Part shown: positions 9,464 through 19,532 of the stretch, in pieces | Numbering within the stretch: the first letter of the stretch is position 1 | Layout of the letters: every line of letters starts with the position of its first letter | Source of the DNA: Candidatus Fermentibacterota bacterium | GTDB lineage: Bacteria > Fermentibacterota > Fermentibacteria > Fermentibacterales > JCC-6 | Reading direction: 5' to 3' | Assembly: GCA_030592645.1 (NCBI GenBank) | Contig: JAUVIR010000004.1 | Location: forward strand, 1,036 to 65,035 | Length of the DNA stretch: 64,000 bases | Program-made: the position numbers and the translations under genes | The notes under the pieces: model-generated | The model's database searches: none | What the model saw: the letters and a program-made list of their open reading frames with translations, nothing else | Told to the model about the DNA's origin: nothing

Positions 9464-10438
9464 TTAAGCGTTTTCCTTCCGGCCTGCCCCCCACCATATC
9501 GCGGCGACAAGAAAAGCCAGGGCTTCACCAAGTGTTATCCATAACCGTGCGGCAATAGAGATCAGGGATGCCTGCCCCGGCTCGGCTGCAATCATGATTA
9601 TCCCTATGAGCCAGACAAGTGATATCTCACGGATGCCAAGGCCGCCCGGAGAGAAGACCGCCAGGAAGCCTATCCCTACTGCCGTGGGAAGAAGAAAGAC
9701 TCCCGGGTAGAAGGGCAGATACATTCCGAAGCTTCTTGCCAGAAAGACGAAGGCAACGCCCTGCAGAAGAAACACCAGTATATAAACAGGCAGAAGTCTC
9801 AGGATATTGGCAAAACCGGGGTCTTGCATGTCGAAATCCCTGCCGGTGATCGAACCTGCGATCTTCAGCAGCTTCCGGAAAGCCCCCGGATGAGCCGCAA
9901 AAAGCACAACGGCGACAGATACCACAACAATTATCACACTGATCGTGGTTCCAAGACCGATCTGCTTCGCAGCCAGTGGAATTACCGGCAGTGACATAAG
10001 AAGGCACCCGGCTACAATGAAGAGGGTTTCCAGTATCAGAGCATGCCCGGTTACCGATGAGGACATCCCTAATTTCTTTGAAAGGCTGATCTTTCCCACA
10101 GCTCCCCATACCTTGCCGGGAATGTACTTGCCGACCTGAGCAAGGAAATGAACGTTGAACGCCTGACCGAACGATATCTTCGCGCCCGCTACAGAACAGA
10201 CCAGCATCCATGACCAGGCGGCTGCAAGAAGGTGCAGCACCATGAGTACGAATGAAACGGTAAATAGAAGAGGATCGAAGAGAAGTAGATTCGATAAACC
10301 CCCTGCCTCGGCAGTGCCGCTTACAAAAGAATTGCCAAGGTAATACAGCGCTGCACCTGTGAGGAGCAAGCCGATAATATTGAAAAGGGTTTTCTTCAAC
10401 TGTATCTCCTTACCGGACTTCATATACAGGTCACACAC
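9464..10438 (-). CDS. polytopic membrane protein (UPF0104 / lysylphosphatidylglycerol-synthase-like TM-region family)
   Basis: About 8 predicted TM helices and an N-terminal 'KKTLFNIIGLLLTGAALYYL'; family assignment by resemblance only. Confidence 0.45.
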   Translation of the reverse strand: MCDLYMKSGKEIQLKKTLFNIIGLLLTGAALYYLGNSFVSGTAEAGGLSNLLLFDPLLFTVSFVLMVLHLLAAAWSWMLVCSVAGAKISFGQAFNVHFLAQVGKYIPGKVWGAVGKISLSKKLGMSSSVTGHALILETLFIVAGCLLMSLPVIPLAAKQIGLGTTISVIIVVVSVAVVLFAAHPGAFRKLLKIAGSITGRDFDMQDPGFANILRLLPVYILVFLLQGVAFVFLARSFGMYLPFYPGVFLLPTAVGIGFLAVFSPGGLGIREISLVWLIGIIMIAAEPGQASLISIAARLWITLGEALAFLVAAIWWGAGRKENA

Positions 10439-10466
10439 AGGTTGAAATCCTGTTTGTGTTCAGTAT

Positions 10467-10904
10467 TCAGTCCAGTATACTGAGTTTGGCTACTGATTTC
10501 TTCAGGGTTGGCTTACTGTTCCGTGAATACACTATGGATTCGAAGTGCGGAAGGTTGGCAATATCAAGCAGCATTTCCAGAACGTACTTGTAGGAATCCT
10601 CAGTTGAAAAGAATACTCCAGTCAGCCTCTGTTTGAGTATACGCAGTCGATCGTCTTCAGGTGATGAGGAATCCTCTTTCCATCGCTGCGGATCATCAAG
10701 CATCGTCAGCATACGTCTTGCGGTTATATCCTTCTTCATTGTGATATCCCAGAATGTTTTTGCTTCCCGCGAGGCAATAAGTTCAAGAAGCTGGCTTGCG
10801 AGTGTAGTGTCCGATATAAGATCTGCCTCAAAAAGATCATGAAGACTCTTAAGCCTGTCACTCAGGTTCGCTCTGAGTTTATCCGGATTGCTTTCTTCGT
10901 ACAT
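10467..10904 (-). CDS. hypothetical protein
   Basis: 145-aa ORF immediately downstream of hflX in the same orientation; no recognisable motif. Confidence 0.4.
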   Translation of the reverse strand: MYEESNPDKLRANLSDRLKSLHDLFEADLISDTTLASQLLELIASREAKTFWDITMKKDITARRMLTMLDDPQRWKEDSSSPEDDRLRILKQRLTGVFFSTEDSYKYVLEMLLDIANLPHFESIVYSRNSKPTLKKSVAKLSILD

Positions 10905-10907
10905 ATT

Positions 10908-12215
10908 CTATTTCACTATCCCGCATACGCTGTTTCCGGGTCCCGCCAATCTAACAAAACTTCGTGCAGTATCCGCACCATCAATTCTTCCCTCAACCGA
11001 ATCATAACCTCTTAAGGCTCCGGCAAAAACCCTGACGGAACCGTCCTCGCCAGTCGTAACATCTCTCACAAGACAATTACTGTAAAGCCAGTTCATAATT
11101 GTACTATCATAATGTTCCAGCATAAGCTCAAACCAGTCAAGAGATATGTCTCTATATCCGATGATTCGATTCAGGAGAACATCCAGCCCGAACTTTGATA
11201 AGGCTGATACGGCAACACCGCTTCCGGGGTATCTGAAATCATCAACCGCATCGCACTTCGTCCAGACCGTCAGTCTGGGCACGGATTCATTAACACCTAT
11301 CCGCTTAAGTGTTTTTCTCACAGCATCGATATGCCTGCCTCGAGAAGGGCTTGACCTGTCGACGGTCACCAGCAGAAGGTCTGCCTTCCGAACTACATCA
11401 AGTGTTGTATGAAAACTCGCTACAAGGGTCTCGGGGAGCCTTTCAATGAAACCCACAGTATCCGATATCAGCACTTTGGAGTTATCCGGAAGTATCAGTC
11501 GGCGGGAAGTGGTATCAAGGGTTGCGAAGGGCTTATCCGCTGTATACAGCTCTGTACTGCACAGAGTATTGAGAAGTGTACTTTTACCGGCATTTGTATA
11601 CCCGACGATAGTAATGTTGAACATTCCTTTGCGCCCTGCAGAAACAACCTTCCAGCGGGATTCAACCTCCTCGATCCTGTTCTCGAGGAAAGTTATCCTG
11701 GATCTTGCCCGTCTGCGATCGATCTCAAGCTGAGTCTCACCAGGACCCCTTGTCCCTATACCGGCACCCAATCTTGAAAAATGATGCCACATGCCTGAAA
11801 GCCTTGGAAGGGCGTATTGAAGCTGAGCGAGTTCTATCTGAATCTTGGCTTCTCTGGTTCGAGCCTGTTCAGCAAATATGGCCAGTATGAGTTCCGTGCG
11901 GTCAATTACCTTGCAGTTTGTTGCTTCTTCAAGTCTCGATACCTGACCTGAAGAGAGGTTATGATCAAATACAATTGTACTTGTGTTCTCCCTGAGGGCG
12001 ATTTCCCGCAGTTCCTCAGCTTTGCCTTTTCCTATGAACAATCGCGGATCAGGTGTTTTCCTCTTCTGGGATTCCTGAGCAACAACGGAACCGCCCGCAG
12101 ACTGAATCAGAGCTATCATCTCATCAGTGGTGCCGGCTTCTTCCGATTCGTTGCCTATGTAGGCTCTTACCAGAAGAACCCGTTCAAGCTCAGCTGGTTC
12201 TCTGGTAGAATACAT
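10908..12215 (-). CDS. hflX: GTPase HflX
   Basis: HflX N-domain, then G-domain motifs 'GYTNAGKST' (G1), 'DTVGF' (G3) and a C-terminal domain. Confidence 0.85.
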   Translation of the reverse strand: MYSTREPAELERVLLVRAYIGNESEEAGTTDEMIALIQSAGGSVVAQESQKRKTPDPRLFIGKGKAEELREIALRENTSTIVFDHNLSSGQVSRLEEATNCKVIDRTELILAIFAEQARTREAKIQIELAQLQYALPRLSGMWHHFSRLGAGIGTRGPGETQLEIDRRRARSRITFLENRIEEVESRWKVVSAGRKGMFNITIVGYTNAGKSTLLNTLCSTELYTADKPFATLDTTSRRLILPDNSKVLISDTVGFIERLPETLVASFHTTLDVVRKADLLLVTVDRSSPSRGRHIDAVRKTLKRIGVNESVPRLTVWTKCDAVDDFRYPGSGVAVSALSKFGLDVLLNRIIGYRDISLDWFELMLEHYDSTIMNWLYSNCLVRDVTTGEDGSVRVFAGALRGYDSVEGRIDGADTARSFVRLAGPGNSVCGIVK

Positions 12216-12241
12216 CTTGCAGGGACATCACTTACAGAACA

Positions 12242-12907
12242 TCATTTCTTCACTCTTGACTTTTTGGAGGATTTTGCAGCTCCGGAGGCATTCGAAGGTT
12301 TTGATACTTCCTTCGCGCTTTCAGTGCTTCCGGGCTCACCGGCATCTCCATCACTTTTCTGATTATTCTCGTTTGACTCGATGTTTTGCTGAACACCCAG
12401 CTGGGCAGATCGTTTGATAAGTTCCCTTGCGGAATCACTGCGGATATTCCTGACCAGGGCAACCTCACCGGCAAATACATTGATAGCTTCGTTGAGTACA
12501 CGCTTCTCGGATGGATTCATTTTGTTCAGAACGGATCGGGCAATGATATCTCTGATCGCTTTTGCCACTTCCCCCGGCTCTCCTGAATGAACCCTGTCCT
12601 TCAATTTCTCTATTCTTCTCCGCCAGTCCTTGGGCAGTTCGTCCGGCTCCTTGAAAAGTTCCGAAAGCGCATCATCAAGTTCCTCCGGAGAAACAACCGG
12701 CCTTAATTCAGCCTCTAGAAGGCTCTCTGTAGGCACCATCACTCTTTTCTTTCCTACTACTATCTCAATAACAACGCATTCACAGATTTCACCGGAAACC
12801 ATCTGATCCGATATTTCAGTGATTACTCCAGCGCCATGAATAGGGTCAACAACTTTTCCATTGATGTCATACTTCATCAGTCCTCCCCTGAAAGCGATTT
12901 TCGGCAT
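12242..12907 (-). CDS. CarD/CdnL-family transcriptional regulator (RNAP-interacting domain)
   Basis: 'GKVVDPIHGAGVITEI' matches the CarD_CdnL_TRCF N-terminal fold; the true start may be the internal Met near 12877. Confidence 0.7.
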   Translation of the reverse strand: MPKIAFRGGLMKYDINGKVVDPIHGAGVITEISDQMVSGEICECVVIEIVVGKKRVMVPTESLLEAELRPVVSPEELDDALSELFKEPDELPKDWRRRIEKLKDRVHSGEPGEVAKAIRDIIARSVLNKMNPSEKRVLNEAINVFAGEVALVRNIRSDSARELIKRSAQLGVQQNIESNENNQKSDGDAGEPGSTESAKEVSKPSNASGAAKSSKKSRVKK

Positions 12908-12953
12908 AATATCAGAGTAATCTAATAAAAATCAGCAACAAACGTGCTTTTTC

Positions 12954-14567
12954 CTATTCGGCAAGAAGAATCCAGATATCCGGCGGGTCAGGCAAGATCA
13001 CAGATCGATGCTCTTCTGTTGTGTTCTCAAGGAATAGTTTTCTTAACTGATCCTCTGCCGCAGCAAGCAGCGGCAGCTGATAGCGATATAGGAAGATCGT
13101 GGAATCAAGAACAGCCGGTATCCCCAACTCTGTGTTCAGCATGTCTCCGTTACGATAATCCACAACCGTTATCTGCCATTCTTCGGAACCGAGCAGGATG
13201 CTCCTGTCGTGCAGAATCGACCTTACCCATGTAGCAGCCCCCACATTAGCATATACACCTTCCAGACCATGATTGGCTATATCGATATACAATGTCCCTG
13301 CCGGGTCTGAAACGGTCATGACGATACCGGGGGGGACAGTGTCATCGATAATATCGGCACCGAGAAGGAGCGTCATGTCGACAGGAGTGATCAGAATTGT
13401 AGAGTCGCCCGAAGCAAGCTGTTCTGCAATGGGATTGATCCTTCCCTGGCTCTCGAGAGGTAGATAGGGATCATCCCGGCGGGCCAGCAGTATTGAACTG
13501 CGCCGCGGACTTCCCGTAGATGTGAAAACCGTGGAGTACTCCAAAGCCGGACCCTGGCGGAATTCACTGGCTCTGCCCGGCTGTCCGGTACTGTTGCTTA
13601 TCCATACAACTGGTTCTGCAAATACATCACTCTGAAGAGAAATGGTTTCTACCGGAGGTAAGCCTTGATCTATCTCGATCTGGTCATGCTCCTGACCGGA
13701 CTCAGTGGTGTCAGGTGCGGTATTCTGGAATTCCTGCGCAGCATCAGGCCCGGGTTTCAGAAGTAATGCGGTGATCACAATAATTACGACTATCGCGAGT
13801 ATGGAAAACGATACATTCTTTCTATTAGTCCAGAAGTGCTTTCTGACTTTCTCCGCTTCCTGCTTCTCGTTTTCAGGTTCTACCTGCTCAAGTGCAGCCT
13901 CAAGTACAATCAGATTGGGAAATCTGTTGTCAGCCTCGAGAGAAACCATATTCTCGAGCAGTTCAGAAACACTGTTTGAAAGGCTGTTCCAGGCTTCAAC
14001 CTGGATATCACGGTTGTCACTGCCGGCGATAAGCCTGAAAATGAGCAGGCCCAGAGCATAAATATCGCTGCGCGGATCATCCGGGGTTCTTCCAACTGCT
14101 TCCGGCGGTGAGAAGGGAGTGTCCGGTATACCTCTTGCGCCCCCCAGGATGAAGTGCTTTCGACTGCTGGTTCTTAGAATGCTCTCGGGTCCCAGATAGC
14201 CGACTCTGTATCCGTCATCGTGAATCCTTCTGAGGATATCAAGAACTTTTTTCCCGGTTTCGAGAGCATCCGCCTCGGAAAACCCTCCATCCCGAACGAT
14301 CGTTTCGACACATAATTCCGCGTTGTCTGGAATTGAGAATAGAAGTATCCGGGTTTCCGTGTCATTTCCGGGATGCATCATGGAATCCGGAAGCAGGACA
14401 CCGTCAATCTCCGGCCAATCGTTCGATGAAAAACCGCCGGAGGATCCGCTGCTGATTTCAGCAAGCATTGCCCTTCCATCGATCTGTACCCTTGCAAGAA
14501 GATAGTTTTCTTCCTCAAGAAGTATTTTGCCACCATCCGCGACGGTTGAAAGCAGGTTAGAAAGCAT
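12954..14567 (-). CDS. membrane protein with degenerate Ser/Thr-kinase-like (pseudokinase) cytoplasmic domain and ~250-aa extracytoplasmic domain
   Basis: Kinase subdomain IX-like 'SDIYALGLLIFRLIAG' and an APE-like 'PPEAVG'. The catalytic loop reads 'YRVGYLGPESIL' instead of HRDLKPxN, and I see no clear glycine loop or VAIK lysine. One TM helix ('FSILAIVVIIVITALLL'). Confidence 0.5.
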   Translation of the reverse strand: MLSNLLSTVADGGKILLEEENYLLARVQIDGRAMLAEISSGSSGGFSSNDWPEIDGVLLPDSMMHPGNDTETRILLFSIPDNAELCVETIVRDGGFSEADALETGKKVLDILRRIHDDGYRVGYLGPESILRTSSRKHFILGGARGIPDTPFSPPEAVGRTPDDPRSDIYALGLLIFRLIAGSDNRDIQVEAWNSLSNSVSELLENMVSLEADNRFPNLIVLEAALEQVEPENEKQEAEKVRKHFWTNRKNVSFSILAIVVIIVITALLLKPGPDAAQEFQNTAPDTTESGQEHDQIEIDQGLPPVETISLQSDVFAEPVVWISNSTGQPGRASEFRQGPALEYSTVFTSTGSPRRSSILLARRDDPYLPLESQGRINPIAEQLASGDSTILITPVDMTLLLGADIIDDTVPPGIVMTVSDPAGTLYIDIANHGLEGVYANVGAATWVRSILHDRSILLGSEEWQITVVDYRNGDMLNTELGIPAVLDSTIFLYRYQLPLLAAAEDQLRKLFLENTTEEHRSVILPDPPDIWILLAE

Positions 14568-16032
14568 GTCCGTCAGTAGAGTAGTTAGGGGCTTCTTTAG
14601 TAATCAAAACATCGTGGGCATGGCTTTCACGAAGACCCGCTGATGTAATCCTGACGATCCGTGCTTTCTTTGAAAGCTCTTCAACAGTACTGCTTCCGAC
14701 ATAACCCATACCCTGCCTGAGCCCGCCGATAAGCTGGTTCAGATAATCGATAAGGGGTCCTTTAAAGGGGACCATTCCCTCTATGCCTTCAGGTACGAAC
14801 TTCTTCTCGGTTCTATCGCTCTGGAAGTACCTGTCGGCACTGCCGCGCTTCATAGCCCCAATGGATCCCATTCCGCGGTATATCTTATACCTTCTGCCTT
14901 TGTAAATGGTTGTTTCGCCAGGACTTTCCGATATACCTGCAAAGAGGCTTCCAATCATTACGGAAGAGGCTCCTGCAGCAAGCGCTTTAACTACGTCCCC
15001 CGAGAATTTGATGCCGCCGTCAGCGATAACAGGAACATTGAATGCTGCGGCAGCCAGGGCGCATTCGTAAACAGCGGTAAACTGAGGACACCCTACCCCC
15101 GCGATAACCCGTGTAGTGCAGATCGAACCGGGACCCACGCCGATTTTTACTCCGTCTGCGCCTGCCTTGATCAGATCGACTGTAGCATCCGGCGTGACAA
15201 CGTTACCCGCCACGATAGCAATATCAGGAAATTCTTTCCTGAGAATTGATACCGTTTCAATGACTTTAACAGAGTGCCCGTGTGCTGTGTCGATGAACAG
15301 ACAGTCAACTCCTGCATCTACCAGAAGAGCTGATCGGGCAATGGCTTTGACGCCTGCACCAACAGCCGCTCCGGCTCGCAGACGGCCGGATGAATCCTTG
15401 CATGCGTTCGGATAATTAATGGCATTGTGTATATCCTTGACTGTGATCAGGCCGACGAGATGCCGCTCGTCATCAACGAGCGGAAGCTTCTCGAGCCTGT
15501 GTTTCCTCAGCAGCACAAGTGAATCTTTAAGATCAGTATCAGGGGGAGCGGTTATCAGCTTCTCCCAGGGAGTCATCAGTTCCGTAACAGGAGTGGATGT
15601 ATCACTCTCAAACTGGTAATCACGGTTAGTCAGCATGCCTGCCAGCCTGCCTGCTTCCAGAACCGGAAAACCGGAAACCCCCTCATGCTCTGAAAGCTCA
15701 AGAGCATCGGCGATAGTATCATCTATTCCAAGCGCAACCGGATCTACTATTACGCCGCTTTCAGCCCGTTTAACCCGTCTGACATGCTGTGCCTGGCTGT
15801 CCGGTGAAAGATTCTTATGAATTACTCCCATTCCGCCCTCCTGGGCAAGTGCGATTGCCATATCAGCTTCAGTCACTGTATCCATCGCGGCACTCAGAAC
15901 AGGGATATTGAGATTTATCTTGCCGGTGAGCCTTGTTTGAAGATTCGCATCTGAAGGCAGTATCTCAGATCTCCCCGGAAGGAGCAGGATATCATCGTAT
16001 GTAAGTGCTAATCTACTGCTGGACAGTTCCAT
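14557..16032 (-). CDS. guaB: IMP dehydrogenase
   Basis: '[11 protein letters not shown]' N-terminus, CBS pair, catalytic '[11 protein letters not shown]' loop and 'GGIKFSGD'. Confidence 0.9.
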   Translation of the reverse strand: MELSSSRLALTYDDILLLPGRSEILPSDANLQTRLTGKINLNIPVLSAAMDTVTEADMAIALAQEGGMGVIHKNLSPDSQAQHVRRVKRAESGVIVDPVALGIDDTIADALELSEHEGVSGFPVLEAGRLAGMLTNRDYQFESDTSTPVTELMTPWEKLITAPPDTDLKDSLVLLRKHRLEKLPLVDDERHLVGLITVKDIHNAINYPNACKDSSGRLRAGAAVGAGVKAIARSALLVDAGVDCLFIDTAHGHSVKVIETVSILRKEFPDIAIVAGNVVTPDATVDLIKAGADGVKIGVGPGSICTTRVIAGVGCPQFTAVYECALAAAAFNVPVIADGGIKFSGDVVKALAAGASSVMIGSLFAGISESPGETTIYKGRRYKIYRGMGSIGAMKRGSADRYFQSDRTEKKFVPEGIEGMVPFKGPLIDYLNQLIGGLRQGMGYVGSSTVEELSKKARIVRITSAGLRESHAHDVLITKEAPNYSTDGHAF

Positions 16033-16062
16033 ATTCAGATCTCCGTTCAGAATTTATCGTCT

Positions 16063-16416
16063 TTAATCGCACCAATAGATGAATCTGCCGCACGAAGGGC
16101 ATGTTTCGACTTGATCGTTCTTCTCGGTAGATGGGCTGAAAGCGGTCGGGAGCTGCGTGAAACAGCCGCTGCACATAAGGTTGACAACGGGAACTACAGC
16201 ATTTCCGTAATGCCCTGCAAGCTGGTCGTACAGATCTCTATACCTGCGATCGATAGTTAAGGAGAGTTCATCCCGCATCTTCCGCAGCTGCTCAACTGCT
16301 AAAGCCGGTGACAGACCGAGTTTTTTTTCCTGCTTGATGATGTCTTTGTCTATAAGGTCGGATATCATTATGTCGAGATCGTGAAGGCTTATGAGTTTTT
16401 CAAGTTCCCTAATCAT
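16063..16416 (-). CDS. zinc-ribbon domain protein (COG1579-like C-terminal C4 ribbon)
   Basis: C-terminal 'CSGCFTQLP...CPSCGRFIY' ribbon after a short coiled-coil-like region. Confidence 0.5.
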   Translation of the reverse strand: MIRELEKLISLHDLDIMISDLIDKDIIKQEKKLGLSPALAVEQLRKMRDELSLTIDRRYRDLYDQLAGHYGNAVVPVVNLMCSGCFTQLPTAFSPSTEKNDQVETCPSCGRFIYWCD

Positions 16417-16876
16417 TTCCGGGGTTCACCTCATAACTCAGTTTCAATATTGAAGCGGCTTCAGCTGGAGAACCGGCGGAAAGTATCTTTTCAGCGCCCC
16501 CCGAACGGAGGGCTTTCGCAAGATGTTTGATCAGCTCCATGTGTTCAGACGGTCCTGAGGGTTTAACGGGAGAAATGAAAAGTATGATAACGCTTACTTT
16601 CTCTTCGGGCCATGGAATTCCGCTATCTGATTTTCCGATAATGATCATGAAATCATCGACCAGTATGCTTCGGCAGTGAGGTATAGCGATATTTTCATGA
16701 ATGATGGTCGGGTCGGCCAGTTCCCTGGTTTCAAGGGCAGTCTGAAGGAGGTTTTCTGTTGTTGCCTTAAAGGAGAACTCCCCTAACAACTCTGAAATAG
16801 CGCTTTTCCAGTTCTTTGAAGACATATTCCATTTGCACTGGCACAGTCTTTCCAAGCATACCTCCCTTATTGACAT
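16409..16876 (-). CDS. PTS EIIA type-2 domain protein (PtsN/EIIA-Ntr-like)
   Basis: PTS_EIIA_2-like fold with 'AIPHCRS' around the phospho-histidine. The track start (16963) overlaps the divergent kinase gene, so the internal Met at 16876 is preferred. Confidence 0.6.
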   Translation of the reverse strand: MSIREVCLERLCQCKWNMSSKNWKSAISELLGEFSFKATTENLLQTALETRELADPTIIHENIAIPHCRSILVDDFMIIIGKSDSGIPWPEEKVSVIILFISPVKPSGPSEHMELIKHLAKALRSGGAEKILSAGSPAEAASILKLSYEVNPGND

Positions 16877-16941
16877 GGTCTTTAATATAGGATTTGTGTA
16901 TCGTCCTGCAAGTGGCGTAATGAAAACATACGAGGTGAATA

Positions 16942-19503
16942 TTGTCCAGCAAGAATGAACCACTCAGTTTCTCAACCACCGATGAGTCCAGCGCTCTGCT
17001 GTTTAACAACAATGTTATCAGCAGAATATCTCAGCCTCTTGCGCACCTTCTGGACAGGATACCGGAAGACCGGGATGCAGTGATCAACGCGCTTTCCGCT
17101 CAGGAGGATGGATCGCTTCCAATACTGCTGGGTGATCAGATATGGCTCTCTTCAACGGTCAGTGCCGGTAATGAGAGAATCATAGTACTGAAAAATCCAT
17201 CCAAATTTGAGCTTGAGGAATGGCTGGAAATAATTCAGGGAGGCAGACCGAGTATTCTTACCGACGACTCAGGCAAAATTTTCGCTATGACTGAATCCGC
17301 AAATATGCTTTTTGCCGGGTATGAATTAACCGCTCTGAAGGATATTCTGGATCAGGTTTCAATGACAGCCTTTTTATCGGCCAGCTCAAAATGCCTTTGC
17401 GGACAGCAGACCAGAAACTTCTCCGTTCTAACAAAGAAAGGACGTAAGAACAGAAAGTCACAGGTAATATCCATCAGAAAATCGGGGGTCATGAGCAAGC
17501 TGCTTGTAGCGTCATTCTCATCCCCTTCAATGGCAATGAGCTCATTCGAGCAGAACGATTCGAAGTTCACCCGCACGATGTTTTCAGTGGTTCCCGTGCC
17601 TGCAGTTAAAATTGATGAGAAAGGCACTATCACAGCCATGAACAGTCATGCTGTTCATCTGGTTTCAAAGGTCGGTGCCAAGGATCCCATCAAGACCAGA
17701 TTCATAGACTGGATTGCGGAGGAGGACAGGGATAGAGTAGTGAAGCTGCATAAAAACCGGATTAATACTATGGTTACTCCCTTTCAGTTCAGAGCGGGTA
17801 TTTACATTTCTGATAATGTTGTACAGCAGTTCGAGATGACAAGCCTTCTCATGCCTGAAAAGGAAACTATGCTTGTCTTTCTCGTACCTGTCGATAATAT
17901 AGAAGGTACCGACACAGCACCCATTATAAATCAGACAATCAATGAACTTATGGATATTCTTCATGAGCCGGATCAGGATAGCAGATCTGCAAGGGATATC
18001 CTGGAATTTCTGAGAGTCGGCACAGGCGCAAGAGGTGCTGTCTACGCCTCAAAATCCAGAATAGTTACGGTCGGCGAGGTAGATCTGCCTGCCCATGAAA
18101 AACAGATCAAGACCAAAAATACTGTCTACTGGACTGAGGACCTGCTGGGTCACAATGTTACGATCCCTGTAAAACAGAAACATGATCAGGCCTACGTGAG
18201 GATAACAGGTATATCTTCCCGTATTTCCGATTCGCTGGGCAGACTGGTACTCAGCCTTTCTCCCGTGCTGGCTGAATACATTCAGTCCAACCAGTATCTG
18301 CAGGGTATGATCAAACTTCTCAATGCGATCTCTGCCTTCATGACCACTCTTGCGGGCCGTGAACGGGATGTTCAGACTCTGCTTGGCGAAATTGGATCGA
18401 TAACAGGCGCTGATTACCTGGTTATTCATACGGTCAGTTCCAGGGAGCCCGTTCTCAAACAACTGATTTCCTTCGGCACATCGACCGACCCGGGTACTCT
18501 TCGCATCGAGATCCCTTCGATAACATCATGGGCATATACTCATACGGAGATATGCTATGTTCCGGACACTGCAGCTGACCAGAGATTCTCTCCCATTTTC
18601 CCATCGTCAAGAAGTGAACTCTCAATCCCACTTATATCAAACGGGAAAACCATGGGAACACTCACCGTAGGATGCGCAAGGAGAGATGCATTCGGTTACC
18701 CTTTAGGAAGATTTCTTCAGACAATCGGAACAACTCTCTCCTTATGGCTGTTCAGAGACAGTAGAGGAGTAAGAGATGATGAAGGTATTCAGAGGAATGA
18801 CAAAGCTGACAGAAATATCCCGGGACTCGAGGATCTGCTGATGAATCTTTCCTATAGAATAAGAGCTCCCATTACTACTCTGAGAAGTCATACGGACCTT
18901 CTCCTGTCAGAGAAAACCGGTGAACTGACAGAAGACCAGAGGAAATCACTTGATTCGATGAACACCGCTCTTATCAACCTGGTTGAATACGCAGAGAGAA
19001 TGCTCAGTTTTATGAAGATCGAGTTGAGCGAGGGAAACCTCGAAACATCCTGGGCCAACCCCTCTGAGGTAGTTTCCTCACTGCTTCCAGCCCTTTCTGA
19101 GAAAGGCAGAAGCCAGGATGTTACCGTAACAGCTGAATTACCTTCCGAACCATTCACTGCATTCTTTGACAGGTCCAGGCTTGAACAGATCATCGGCAAT
19201 CTGGTTAACAATGCAATACAGCATAACGAACAGGGAGGGTCCGCCAGAGTGGAAGTCAGATTGGAAGGCAGCAATCACTGGGTGCTTGAGGTCTTCAATA
19301 CCGGAGAAGGAATCGCCTCCGAGGACCTTCCAAACGTTTTTGACAGATTCTATACGAGCGGCAGTTCCAGCAGACATGCGGCCGGGCTTGGAATAGGGCT
19401 GACGATAGTCAAGAGCTTCGCAAAACAGATGGGCGGCACTGTCAGTGTCCGAAGCAGGTCCGGATTCGGTACATGGTTCACTGTCCGTCTACCCCTTTCC
19501 TGA
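16942..19503 (+). CDS. cytoplasmic multi-sensor (PAS/GAF) histidine kinase
   Basis: C-terminal HisKA-like region ('RSHTDLLLSEK', H box) and HATPase_c motifs ('LVNNAIQHN', 'FNTGEGI', 'GLGIGLTIVK'); long N-terminal region with PAS/GAF-like segments; no obvious TM. Confidence 0.75.
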   Translation: MSSKNEPLSFSTTDESSALLFNNNVISRISQPLAHLLDRIPEDRDAVINALSAQEDGSLPILLGDQIWLSSTVSAGNERIIVLKNPSKFELEEWLEIIQGGRPSILTDDSGKIFAMTESANMLFAGYELTALKDILDQVSMTAFLSASSKCLCGQQTRNFSVLTKKGRKNRKSQVISIRKSGVMSKLLVASFSSPSMAMSSFEQNDSKFTRTMFSVVPVPAVKIDEKGTITAMNSHAVHLVSKVGAKDPIKTRFIDWIAEEDRDRVVKLHKNRINTMVTPFQFRAGIYISDNVVQQFEMTSLLMPEKETMLVFLVPVDNIEGTDTAPIINQTINELMDILHEPDQDSRSARDILEFLRVGTGARGAVYASKSRIVTVGEVDLPAHEKQIKTKNTVYWTEDLLGHNVTIPVKQKHDQAYVRITGISSRISDSLGRLVLSLSPVLAEYIQSNQYLQGMIKLLNAISAFMTTLAGRERDVQTLLGEIGSITGADYLVIHTVSSREPVLKQLISFGTSTDPGTLRIEIPSITSWAYTHTEICYVPDTAADQRFSPIFPSSRSELSIPLISNGKTMGTLTVGCARRDAFGYPLGRFLQTIGTTLSLWLFRDSRGVRDDEGIQRNDKADRNIPGLEDLLMNLSYRIRAPITTLRSHTDLLLSEKTGELTEDQRKSLDSMNTALINLVEYAERMLSFMKIELSEGNLETSWANPSEVVSSLLPALSEKGRSQDVTVTAELPSEPFTAFFDRSRLEQIIGNLVNNAIQHNEQGGSARVEVRLEGSNHWVLEVFNTGEGIASEDLPNVFDRFYTSGSSSRHAAGLGIGLTIVKSFAKQMGGTVSVRSRSGFGTWFTVRLPLS

Positions 19504-19532
19504 TGAATTCACGGAAACTCTCCAGAACCAGT

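Noticed and set aside
9627-10211. 194-aa minus-strand ORF in an alternative frame
   Set aside because: It overlaps, same strand but different frame, the 9464-10438 membrane protein, which has coherent TM periodicity. Its Cys/Arg/Gly-rich composition is typical of an off-frame read.
16942-16963. Apparent 22-bp head-to-head overlap of the histidine kinase and EIIA gene starts
   Set aside because: It is most likely a start-codon over-extension in the track. EIIA probably starts at the internal Met at 16876, which removes the overlap.
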